DNA of 64,000 nt from Chrysomallon squamiferum (lineage: Eukaryota; Animalia; Mollusca). Positions 1 through 12,124 of this stretch are shown here, piece by piece (position 1 is the stretch's first letter; each line of letters opens with the position of its first letter). The notes under the pieces were generated by a model. That model did not search any database and was not told where the DNA came from. It saw only the letters and a program-made list of their open reading frames with translations. The stretch covers positions 1,984,001 to 2,048,000 of the forward strand of contig CM022677.1 of NCBI GenBank assembly GCA_012295275.1. The letters are read 5' to 3'. The translations under genes and the position numbers were made by a program.

Positions 1-14
1 TATTACAAATACGA

Positions 15-47
<33 letters not shown>

Positions 48-92
48 ATGAGACAGGCAGAAACAGATTGGTCACGTATATTACAAATACGA

Positions 93-123
<31 letters not shown>

Positions 124-255
124 ATATAATGAGACAGGCAGAAACAGATTGGTCACGTATATTACAAATACGAACACACACACACACACACACACACAGA
201 CACATATATAATGAGACAGGCAGAAACAGATTGGTCACGTATATTACAAATACGA

Positions 256-288
<33 letters not shown>

Positions 289-409
289 ATGAGACAGACA
301 GAAACAGATTGGTCACGTATATTACAAATACGAACACACACACACACACACACACAGACACATATAATGAGACAGACAGAAAAGATTGGTCACGTATATT
401 ACAAATACG

Positions 410-445
<36 letters not shown>

Positions 446-489
446 ATGAGACAGACAGAAAAGATTGGTCACGTATATTACAAATACGA

Positions 490-520
<31 letters not shown>

Positions 521-562
521 ATGAGACAGACAGAAAAGATTGGTCACGTATATTACAAAAAT

Positions 563-594
<32 letters not shown>

Positions 595-644
595 ATATAA
601 TGAGACAGACAGAAACAGATTGGTCACGTATATTACAAATACGA

Positions 645-677
<33 letters not shown>

Positions 678-802
678 ATGAGACAGACAGAAAAAGATTG
701 GTCACGTATATTACAAATACGAACACACACACACACACACACACACAGACACATATAATGAGACAGACAGAAACAGATTGGTCACGTATATTACAAATAC
801 GA

Positions 803-834
<32 letters not shown>

Positions 835-884
835 ATATAATGAGACAGACAGAAACAGATTGGTCACGTATATTACAAATACGA

Positions 885-916
<32 letters not shown>

Positions 917-965
917 ATATAATGAGACAGACAGAAACAGATTGGTCACGTATATTACAAATACG

Positions 966-1001
<36 letters not shown>

Positions 1002-1046
1002 ATGAGACAGACAGAAACAGATTGGTCACGTATATTACAAATACGA

Positions 1047-1077
<31 letters not shown>

Positions 1078-1121
1078 ATGAGACAGACAGAAACAGATTG
1101 GTCACGTATATTACAAATACG

Positions 1122-1159
<38 letters not shown>

Positions 1160-1395
1160 ATGAGACAGACAGAAACAGATTGGTCACGTATATTACAAAT
1201 ACGAACACACACACACACACACACACACAGACACATATAATGAGACAGACAGAAAAAGATTGGTCACGTATAAATACAAATACGAACACACACACACATG
1301 ACACAGACAGAAACAGATTGGTCACGTATATTACAAATATAATGAGACAGACAGAAACAGATTGGTCAGACGTATATTGGTCACAAATATTACAA

Positions 1396-1431
<36 letters not shown>

Positions 1432-1474
1432 GAGACAGACAGAAACAGATTGGTCACGTATATTACAAATACGA

Positions 1475-1505
<31 letters not shown>

Positions 1506-1627
1506 ATGAGACAGACAGAAACAGATTGGTCACGTATATTACAAATACGAACACACACACACACACACACACAGACACATATAATGAGACAGACAGAAAC
1601 AGATTGGTCACGTATATTACAAATACG

Positions 1628-1663
<36 letters not shown>

Positions 1664-1708
1664 ATGAGACAGACAGAAACAGATTGGTCACGTATATTAC
1701 AAATACGA

Positions 1709-1743
<35 letters not shown>

Positions 1744-1975
1744 ATGAGACAGACAGAAACAGATTGGTCACGTATATTACAAATACGAACACACACACAC
1801 ACACACACATACAGACACAGAAACAGATTGGTCACGTATATTGAAACAGAAAATGAGAAGACAGAAACAGATTGGTCACGTATATTACAAATACGAACAC
1901 ACACACACACACACACACACAGACACATATAATGAGACAGACAGAAACAGATTGGTCACGTATATTACAAATACG

Positions 1976-2011
<36 letters not shown>

Positions 2012-2056
2012 ATGAGACAGACAGAAACAGATTGGTCACGTATATTACAAATACGA

Positions 2057-2089
<33 letters not shown>

Positions 2090-2133
2090 ATGAGACAGAC
2101 AGAAACAGATTGGTCACGTATATTACAAATACG

Positions 2134-2169
<36 letters not shown>

Positions 2170-2290
2170 ATGAGACAGACAGAAACAGATTGGTCACGTA
2201 TATTACAAATACGAACACACACACACACACACACACAGACACATATAATGAGACAGACAGAAAAGATTGGTCACGTATATTACAAATACG

Positions 2291-2328
<38 letters not shown>

Positions 2329-2452
2329 ATGAGACAGACAGAAACAGATTGGTCACGTATATTACAAATACGAACACACACACACACACACACACAGACA
2401 CATATAATGAGACAGACAGACAGAAACAGATTGGTCACGTATATTAAATACG

Positions 2453-2492
<40 letters not shown>

Positions 2493-2537
2493 ATGGAGAC
2501 AGACAGAAACAGATTGGTCACGTATATTACAAATACG

Positions 2538-2575
<38 letters not shown>

Positions 2576-2619
2576 ATGAGACAGACAGAAACAGATTGGT
2601 CACGTATATTACAAATACG

Positions 2620-2655
<36 letters not shown>

Positions 2656-2700
2656 ATGAGACAGACAGAAACAGATTGGTCACGTATATTACAAATACGA

Positions 2701-2733
<33 letters not shown>

Positions 2734-2778
2734 ATGAGACAGACAGAAACAGATTGGTCACGTATATTACAAATACGA

Positions 2779-2810
<32 letters not shown>

Positions 2811-2859
2811 ATATAATGAGACAGACAGAAACAGATTGGTCACGTATATTACAAATACG

Positions 2860-2899
<40 letters not shown>

Positions 2900-2944
2900 A
2901 TGAGACAGACAGAAACAGATTGGTCACGTATATTACAAATACGA

Positions 2945-2976
<32 letters not shown>

Positions 2977-3109
2977 ACGTATATATAATGAGACAGACAG
3001 AAACAGATTGGTCACGTATATTACAAATACGAACACACACACACACACACACACAGACACATATAATGAGACAGACAGAAACAGATTGGTCACGTATATT
3101 ACAAATACG

Positions 3110-3146
<37 letters not shown>

Positions 3147-3196
3147 ATATAATGAGACAGACAGAAACAGATTGGTCACGTATATTACAAATACGA

Positions 3197-3227
<31 letters not shown>

Positions 3228-3342
3228 ATGAGACAGACAGAAACAGATTGGTCACGTATATTACAAATACACACAAACACACATTGGTCACACACAGATA
3301 TAATGAGACAGACAGAAAAGATTGGTCACGTATACAAATACA

Positions 3343-3373
<31 letters not shown>

Positions 3374-3417
3374 ATGAGACAGACAGAAACAGATTGGTCA
3401 CGTATATTACAAATACG

Positions 3418-3455
<38 letters not shown>

Positions 3456-3500
3456 ATGAGACAGACAGAAAACAGATTGGTCACGTATATTACAAATACG

Positions 3501-3536
<36 letters not shown>

Positions 3537-3581
3537 ATGAGACAGACAGAAACAGATTGGTCACGTATATTACAAATACGA

Positions 3582-3614
<33 letters not shown>

Positions 3615-3658
3615 ATGAGACAGACAGAAACAGATTGGTCACGTATATTACAAATACG

Positions 3659-3695
<37 letters not shown>

Positions 3696-3746
3696 ATATA
3701 TAATGAGACAGACAGAAACAGATTGGTCACGTATATTACAAATACG

Positions 3747-3777
<31 letters not shown>

Positions 3778-3976
3778 ATGAGACAGACAGAAAAAGATTG
3801 GTCACGTATATTACAAATACGAACACACACACACACACACACACACATATAATGAGACAGACAGAAACAGATTGGTCACGTATATTACAAATACGAACAC
3901 ACACACACACACACACACACAGACACATATAATGAGACAGACAGAAACAGATTGGTCACGTATATTACAAATACGA

Positions 3977-4009
<33 letters not shown>

Positions 4010-4206
4010 ATGAATGACAGACAGAAACAGATTGGTCACGTATATTACAAATACGAACAGATTGGTCACACACACACACAGACACATATTAAAATACAGA
4101 AAAAGATTGGTCACGTATATTACAAATACGAACACACACACACACACACACAGACACATATAATGAGACAGACAGAAACAGATTGGTCACGTATATTACA
4201 AATACG

Positions 4207-4242
<36 letters not shown>

Positions 4243-4288
4243 ATGAGACAGACAGAAAACAGATTGGTCACGTATATTACAAATACGA

Positions 4289-4319
<31 letters not shown>

Positions 4320-4360
4320 ATGAGACAGACAGAAAAAGATTGGTCACGTATATTACAAAT

Positions 4361-4403
<43 letters not shown>

Positions 4404-4516
4404 GAGACAGACAGAAACAGATTGGTCACGTATATTACAAATACGAACACACACACACACACACACATATAATGAGACAGACAGAAACAGATTGGTCACG
4501 TATATTACAAATACGA

Positions 4517-4550
<34 letters not shown>

Positions 4551-4599
4551 ATATAATGAGACAGACAGAAACAGATTGGTCACGTATATTACAAATACG

Positions 4600-4635
<36 letters not shown>

Positions 4636-4758
4636 ATGAGACAGACAGAAACAGATTGGTCACGTATATTACAAATACGAACACACACACACACACACAC
4701 ACAGACACATATAATGAGACAGACAGAAACAGATTGGTCACGTATATTACAAATACGA

Positions 4759-4790
<32 letters not shown>

Positions 4791-4841
4791 ATATAATGAG
4801 ACAGACAGAAAAAGATTGGTCACGTATATTACAAATACGAA
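1..4841. repeat. Tandem satellite, ~76-82 bp unit: ATATAATGAGACAGACAGAAACAGATTGGTCACGTATATTACAAATACGAA followed by (CA)n; roughly 60 copies, runs off the window start
   Basis: The unit is read directly. Length varies only in the (CA)n tract, apart from a few corrupted copies. It explains all THTH/CVCV ORFs in 1-4995. Confidence 0.98.
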
Positions 4842-5774
4842 CGATGTGGCTTTATTGTTTTATTTATTTTATAATTATTATTATTTTTTTTTTTTTTACC
4901 TTTGTTATTTTGTTTTTTATGTTTCCCTTTACCATGTTTGCTTCTGTTGTTGTTGTTGTTTTTGTTATATTCATAAAGTGATCGCTCAGTTCTGATGATT
5001 ATTTACATATAATAAAGTTAAACATTTAAAAACTCAACAGCTCAAAGTTAACAATACCATTTTAAACGAATCTCTTACGAAATAAAACAAGAAACCATTA
5101 TTCATTAGTTAGTTACGATAGAAAAATAAACATGACGTGAAATACAAATGTAAAGAATATTTTTAATGAGTTCCTAATACTGATCCAAAGATGAGCAGTA
5201 ACGTAAGCGACAGTTGATTCAGTCCTGGTCTCAACAGTAGTCTGTGAATTAATCAAAATAAATTCAGTAAACAGGATTAAACCATGTTTTACAATTACAC
5301 AACATTGTCAGTTATTATTTAGATCAGCACATATTCTCAATTTTATAGCTTTATGTTAACAACGACATTATACGATTGTTTTATTAACTTTCACTTTTAT
5401 TTGTGAAATCAATAATGAAGTTGAAATAACGCGAAAATACAGAAATATTTCCTAACAAGACTGTGATTAAAACCGATATTTTAACAGAAAGCTCGTGTTT
5501 TTAATATCAGTCAGCAATGTTACAGAACTTGTATTCTTTATTTCTTTTTATTTTCTTATTTTTACTTCTTTTTTTTCACTACACATCACAGTTTACTTTC
5601 TATAAAGAAACAAATAATAAGGTCTAAAAATCACCTCACATCACACTTCAGTTACAATAAACAAATGGTAATAAATAAAAAAATATATATATAAGATGAG
5701 ATCTAAAAATAACTGTAATTTATTTTCATTCTATTTACGACTTATTCCATATTTCATTATTCTGGTATTTTCCT

Positions 5775-5809
<35 letters not shown>

Positions 5810-5814
5810 TTATT

Positions 5815-5859
<45 letters not shown>

Positions 5860-6021
5860 CTTCCACATCATACTTCAGTTGCTATAAAGAAACAAAAAGA
5901 AAAGAAAAAGAAAAAAGAAAATAAAATATCTAAAAATAACTGGAATTTTTGCATTGTGTTTCCGTCCTGGTGTCACAAAGATCAGTATTGTTCTACGTAT
6001 TTTCTTCATCACGTTGCTGGC

Positions 6022-6183
6022 GTCATGTATTACCTATAATGTTAAGTTACGTCATGTATTACCTATAATGTTAAGTTACGTCATGTATTACCTATAATGT
6101 TAAGTTACATCATGTACTACCTATAATGTTTAGTTACGTGTACATGTATTACCTATAATGTTAACGTCATGTATTACCTATAA
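6022..6183. repeat. 29-bp minisatellite (GTCATGTATTACCTATAATGTTAAGTTAC), ~5 copies
   Basis: Consecutive copies are visible at 6022, 6051 and 6080, followed by degenerate ones. Confidence 0.9.
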
Positions 6184-6254
6184 ATTACGTTATCAATTAT
6201 AATGTTATTCATGTTGAAGCATCCTCGAAAATGATTTGCCTATTTGAAGCATCT

Positions 6255-6375
6255 GTTATCTATCTATCTATCTATATCTATCTATCTATCTATCTATATA
6301 ATTCTTCCCATAATGATTAATAATTTCCGTTAGAAAAATCCTCGAAAATGATTTGCCTATTAAAATCTATCTATC

Positions 6376-6407
<32 letters not shown>

Positions 6408-6683
6408 ATATCTATATATATATATAATTCTTCCAATAATGATTAATAATTTTCTTTACAAAGCTAATGAAATCGCTGTTCAGTATGGTAATATATCTAT
6501 ATCTATATATATATAATTCTTTCAATAATGATTAATAATTTCCTTTACAAAGCTAATGAAATCGCTGTTCAGTATGGTAATATATCTATATCTATCTATC
6601 TATATATATATATATATAAATTCTTTCAATAATGATTAATAATTTTCTTTACAAAGCTAATGAAATAGCTATTCAGTATGGTA
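6255..6683. repeat. Imperfect tandem repeat of (TATC/TA)n plus ATTCTTTCAATAATGATTAATAATTTTCTTTACAAAGCTAATGAAATCGCTGTTCAGTATGGTAA
   Basis: Three near-identical copies of the unique part at ~6426, ~6515 and ~6620, plus a partial copy at ~6300. Confidence 0.85.
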
Positions 6684-7195
6684 AACCATTCAGGGTGACA
6701 GCTGATGAGGAAATCAAACTACAAACGTGATATCAGCCACATTCACGGAACAATTATTATCGTGTTTTAAAAATAACCGAGGTTAGAGTTTTATACAATC
6801 GGTCTCTTGATCAGACAATATTTTATAGAATTGAACCAATACATCAAGATTAAAAATGTGGTAAAATAAATAAAAAATAAAATAAAATAAAACAAAATAT
6901 TGATAATAATCAATAAAAATTAACGCGGCATAGAAACGTTTTTCTGTAGGTCTATGTTCTGTGTAAAAATAAAAAGCGATAAATAAATAAAAATATAATA
7001 AGAACAATAACATCTTTTAAAAATTAAAATTAAAATTAAAAACTAAATTATTATTATTATTAACTTTATTATTATTATTATTATTATTATTTATTATTAT
7101 TATTTTTTTTTTTTTTTTTTTTATTATTATTTTTTTTTTTTCTGTATATTAATAATGTTGAAACAAAAGTTGGTTTAATTATAGTAACATAATAC

Positions 7196-7425
7196 GGAAT
7201 TCCCCGATTTATTTTTAGAACCGGCTGACCATTGCTGTTACCTGTAGATGTTTATTATCTGTACTCTGATTGGTTCTGCAGAATGTATAGCTCTGAATTT
7301 ATCAAAATGTCTCAGGTCAGTTCTGATATTCGTGACAGATTCAGTTCCAGTGAATTCAAACCTTAGTGTATTTTTAACAACAGTGATTGGTTCTTCTAAA
7401 ATGGCTGGATATAGACGACGCCATT
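7196..7425 (+). promoter_or_regulatory. Putative IAP promoter: NF-kB site (GGAATTCCCC, reverse GGGGAATTCC, 7196-7205), inverted CCAAT boxes (GATTGGTTCT at 7268 and 7385), YY1-like AAAATGGC/GCCATTT
   Basis: Exact match to the kB consensus GGGRNWYYCC. The motifs cluster immediately upstream of the BIR coding region. Function is inferred. Confidence 0.55.
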
Positions 7426-7451
7426 TATACTCGCTAATCGAATTTATCAAA

Positions 7452-8126
7452 ATGTCTGATATTCAGACAGATTCAGTTCCAGTGAATTCAAACATAAGTT
7501 GGGAGACGTTCAAAAATCACAAAGGCATTAGTAGTACTAGTAGTTCTGGTAGTATTCCAAAATACAGGGAGTACGAGAGCTATGAAAAAAGGTTGGAAAG
7601 CTTCGTTGGATGGCCGCTCTTATCGCCCTTGCAGAAGCCCAGTGTTTTGGCTCACTGTGGATTTTTCTACATAGGATCGGCGGATCGCGCAAGATGTTTT
7701 CATTGTGGACTAACTTTGCGTGACTGGGATGACGATGATTTTCCGCCAGTTGTTCACAAAGAATGGGCTAAGAACTGTGAATTCGCTGACAAACTGGACG
7801 TTGATGAAATAAGGAAAATGGTTGAAGTTGAGGAATTAAAGAAGGACTCGAAAAATAAAACGAATATTGTTGAAAAGAGTTGCAATAAAACCGACAACAG
7901 CTGTTTTGTAAAATCTGTGAATAGCGTTGTGACTCAAGCAACAAGTGGTGACAGCTCGAGTAGTAATTATGTCTACAGCCCAGCGATCCAGGCAGTTTTG
8001 GAAATGGGATATTCTATTGAACTTATTCAAAAGTCCATTGATAATCGGAAAAGAAAAGATGGTTCTGATTTTCCAAATGCAGTAACACTTTTCGAAGCAG
8101 TCTTGGAACTTGAAGGATCCTGTTAG
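7452..8126 (+). CDS. Inhibitor-of-apoptosis (IAP/BIRC-like) protein with a single BIR domain and a UBA domain; no RING in this exon (alternative in-frame ATGs at 7248 and 7401)
   Basis: BIR: KRLESFVGWP...LAHCGFFYIGSADRARCFHC...DWDDDD...HKEWAKNCEF, with the CX2C-X16-H-X6-C zinc ligands. IAP-type UBA: SPAIQAVLEMGYSIELIQKSI...FPNAVTLFEAVL. Confidence 0.92.
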   Translation: MSDIQTDSVPVNSNISWETFKNHKGISSTSSSGSIPKYREYESYEKRLESFVGWPLLSPLQKPSVLAHCGFFYIGSADRARCFHCGLTLRDWDDDDFPPVVHKEWAKNCEFADKLDVDEIRKMVEVEELKKDSKNKTNIVEKSCNKTDNSCFVKSVNSVVTQATSGDSSSSNYVYSPAIQAVLEMGYSIELIQKSIDNRKRKDGSDFPNAVTLFEAVLELEGSC

Positions 8127-8589
8127 GTTAGTATCACGTGACATGCTATTTTAGCCAATAAAGCCTCATTTGTAATACAAAGATGTTGTTAAGAACGATT
8201 AATACTATGCAAGAGTTCCTGTATTATCAAAACAGTGGACAAAATTTGTTGAAAGGTAACTAAAAAATAAAAGCCCACCAACAACAGATAATAAAAAATA
8301 AAGCAAACCAAAGCATACCTTTATAGATAGTTTGTTTTAAAATATCAACTTGAAAAAATAAAAAATAGAAAGAAAAAGATATGAATTCTAATAAATGTTA
8401 AATATTTAATATTTAATAATTAAAGTCTAGCTATGCTTGAATTGTTGTTAAACTTTTATCTTGATTTATTTAGTTTATATGTTACAGGAATATGTATAAT
8501 TGCAATCAGAATATATAGTTTTAAAATTCTTTAAATAAATTATAATATTTCCTGTAACATATATAAAGTAAATAAAATAAAAAGAACAA

Positions 8590-8638
<49 letters not shown>

Positions 8639-8689
8639 AAGAACTGATAAGTGAAACCAGTAACATTTGTAATTTGATTTTATTTTCAG

Positions 8690-8856
8690 ATGAAAGTTTC
8701 AGGAAGATGAGCAGTTCTAGGGTTCAGCTTGTGTACACGACAGTTCATCCTGTCAGTAAGAAACAAAAACTAAAAGTTCTGAACAGAAAAGATGATTGTT
8801 CTGGACACCTGTTTATTTCTGAAAGGTTTTCTTTCGTAGTTCCAAATGTTTGTTAA
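8690..8856 (+). other. Probable second exon of the IAP gene (3'UTR or alternative C-terminus)
   Basis: Strong acceptor TTTATTTTCAG ending at 8689. Candidate donors are GTTAGG at 8122 (phase 1, joins in frame to ESFRKMSSSRVQ...PNVC*) and GTTAGT at 8127 (directly after the stop). Confidence 0.45.
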
Positions 8857-9504
8857 ACTGAAAAATGACTAAAAATATAATTACTAAGATTAAGATTACA
8901 ACAGCCTGTTGATACTGAAATTACTTAATATTAAACAGGATGCATCCTTCGTTATTAACATTTTAATTCTTCACAATTAAATTGATTTAAAGTAAACTTA
9001 TTATTTGTAATGTTAAAGAAATACTAAGTATATATGATACAATTTAAATTTGAAATATTCTAAATGTTGTCATCTAAAAATTGATAAATGTTTAGATCAA
9101 GTTAGAAACTGTTTTTCTCAATTTAATTTACACTCATTGTTATCAGAAAAACAACAATGAAGGAATGGCACATTTTAATGAATGAATATTTAATTTTCGT
9201 GATGTTTTAGAAATTAATATTCTGCACAAATGATACATTTAAATAAACAAAATAAAATGCTATGTCAGTAATGTGTAATATTCACTGTAAATGTTGTTAT
9301 TAATCAGATAAATCAGATTGTTTGTTTATTAAATCATTTCAGTTAATATTCTTAGTTGTTTTCTCATTTATTTATTTTACAGATTCATTTAGTAAATTAA
9401 ACTTGGTATTTCTGTTAATGTAGCCTGCTAGTATTTAAATATTAAACAGGATGCATTTTACTGGGGAGTGGTTATTTTATCTTTGGTTATTAACATTTTA
9501 TTTC

Positions 9505-9612
9505 ATCAGAATTAAGTCAAATTTAAAGCAATTTTATTTGATCAGAATTAAGTCAAATTTAAAGCAATTTTATTTGATCAGAATTAAGTCAAATTTAAAG
9601 CAATTTTATTTG
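9505..9612. repeat. 36-bp tandem repeat x3 (ATCAGAATTAAGTCAAATTTAAAGCAATTTTATTTG)
   Basis: Three consecutive identical copies. Confidence 0.9.
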
Positions 9613-10142
9613 TAATGATAGAGAATTAGTGAGTGAATATAATATAATTTACTTAATTTATTTTACACAATAATAATAATAATAAAAAACATCATCATCA
9701 TCGTAATAAATCGTGTGTTACAAAGTAAACGCCTCTTTAAATATACAAATATTTGAAATAAATTATTAAATTTGTACTATTGTTTATTGTAATTTTATTT
9801 TTGTTTTTCATCTGATTTTTGTTTTCTCTAAAATTATGTTTCATTTGCATGAAGATCTCCTATAAACTGAATATAGCTATGTAATTAATGCTTTTAATTT
9901 ATTGATGTATGATATCATTGATATGTTTGTAAATAAAGGTTTCAAATAGTACAGTATGTGTGTACGTGTGTTTATTTTTTATTTTTTATGATTAATTATT
10001 TATGTACACACATACTGTATTATTATAGATTATAGATATGTGTAGGTGTTTGTGTGTGTGTGTGGCTGTGTGTTCTGTTTATTCAGTTTTCATGAATAAC
10101 TATTATAAACATCAATGTGACAATGATGCACATAAAGAAATG

Positions 10143-10790
10143 TAAGAAGAAAACAGAAATTGATAATAAAACTGGTATTTTTGTATGATGTGTTAGTTTG
10201 TTATAACTTAACAATTTTTATATAAGAAGAAAACAGAAATTAATAATAAAACTGGTATTTTTGTGTGATGTGTTAGTTTGTTATAATTTAACAATTTTTA
10301 TATAAGAAGAAAACAGAAATTAATAATAAAACTGGTAGTTTTGTATGATCTGTTTGTTTGTTATAATTTAACAATTTTTATATAACTAAAAAAATTAATA
10401 ATAAAACTAGTAGTTTTGTAGAATTTGTCAGTTTGTAATAATTTAACATTTTTTATCTTGGAGTTTCAAATGTTAGTTTTGTTACTTTGTACTGATATAG
10501 AAATTTTATTTGAGACAATAAAACTTTTTCTCACTGTTCATTTATGTTAGTTTGTTTTTTAATTAAAAAGTTTCTATCTTATTAAAACAAGAAAGCAGAA
10601 ATTAATAATAAAACTAGTAGTTTTGTAGTACATATTAGTCTGTAATAATTTAATAGTAGTTTATCTAACTAAAACAATTAATAATAAAACTATTGGTTTT
10701 GTAGAATTTGTCAGTTTGTAATAATTTAACATTTTTTATCTTGGAGTTTCAAATGTTAGTTTTGTTACATTTTTAGTCTGATATAGAAAT
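10143..10790. repeat. Degenerate ~80-bp AT-rich tandem repeat (AGAAATTAATAATAAAACTGGTA...TTTGTTATAATTTAACAATTTTTATA)
   Basis: Copies at ~10143, 10223 and 10303, followed by diverged and duplicated copies to ~10790. Confidence 0.8.
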
Positions 10791-10859
10791 CATTTTTAGT
10801 GAAAAGTTTATTTCATTTTAGTGTTTGGTTGTTTTGGAATAGTCCTCAGTTTTGTTGAA

Positions 10860-11280
10860 AAAAGTGTTTGGGTCATAACTTTGGGATAGTGTCATTTAAA
10901 AAGTGTATTGGTCATAGTTTTAGTCTGGGATAGTGTCACTTGAAAAGTGTATGGGTCACAGCTTTAGTCTGGAATAGTGTCACTTGAAAAGTGTATGGGT
11001 CATAGCTTTAGTCTGGAATAGTGTCACTTGAAAAGTGTATGGGTCATAGCTTTAGTCTGGAATAGTGTCACTTGAAAAGTGTATGGGTCATAGCTTTAGT
11101 CTGGAATAGTGTCACTTGAAAAGTGTATGGGTCATAGCTTTAGTCTGGGATAGACTTTATGGGTCATCTAAGATAGTGTCACTTGAAAAGTGTATGGGTC
11201 ACAGTTTTAGTCTGGGATAGTGTCACTTGAAAAGTGTATGTGTCACAACTTTAGTCTGGGATAGTGTCACTGGAAAAGTG
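10860..11280. repeat. 44-bp minisatellite (TTTAGTCTGGAATAGTGTCACTTGAAAAGTGTATGGGTCATAGC), ~9 copies
   Basis: The 44-bp period is read directly (11051 to 11095). Confidence 0.93.
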
Positions 11281-11608
11281 CTGGTCTGAGTGTGTCTGGC
11301 TGACAAGTTCTGTTCTGAGAAGAGATTAGTCAGATTACATTTGCTGTTAGGATTATCACTAGGATCAGGGTTAGTGTTGTATTAGTTTCAGGACTATGGT
11401 TATTGTTCACATTAAATTTAATTACCTATTTATCTTGAGAGATTTTTCATGTAAAACTTGAACAGGTTTATGATGGATGTTAGGATAAAAATTCAAAAAG
11501 CTTTCATTTCCAAAAATTTAATTGATAAAGTTTATAAGTGTGAAGAGAACATTGCTGTCATTGTCTTTCTTGTCTTTATTATTAATATTGGTCCTTTCCC
11601 AACTGACA

Positions 11609-11639
<31 letters not shown>

Positions 11640-12027
11640 CATAACCTTTATTTGTATTGATATCGCTGTTGTTACCTTTGTTTTGATATTAGTATTGTGG
11701 TTCTCATTTTCTTTGAATATGCTTGGTGTAGCTGTTATTCCTATATTGTTGTGGTTGTTGATGTCGTTGCTGTCAGTGTTCTGCTCATATCACTATGATT
11801 GTTATTAGTAAATTGTCATAATTATCATCCGGTGTTCTGTTAATATTGTTGTGGTTGTTCTCATTTTGCTGTGTTTAGGGTAACTGTTATTTTTATCATT
11901 TCGGTTAATATTATTGTTTACGTCTGTACTGTTAATCATAATGTTGTTATTGTGCATTTGGTCTTTTCAGTCACTGTTACTGTCAGTGTTGCTATTGAAG
12001 TTGTTTCTGGTATTTGTTGTTTTTGTC

Positions 12028-12094
<67 letters not shown>

Positions 12095-12124
12095 CAAGTC
12101 TGTGTTTGTATTATTTTGTAGTCA

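Noticed and set aside
1-4995. Dozens of His/Thr- or Cys/Val-rich ORFs
   Set aside because: They are translations of the (CA)n satellite; the frame changes with CA copy number.
10860-11280. CRISPR-like appearance of 36-44 bp repeats (also 23281-23778 and 35412-35712)
   Set aside because: Head-to-tail repeats with no unique spacers, no cas genes, and a eukaryotic context.
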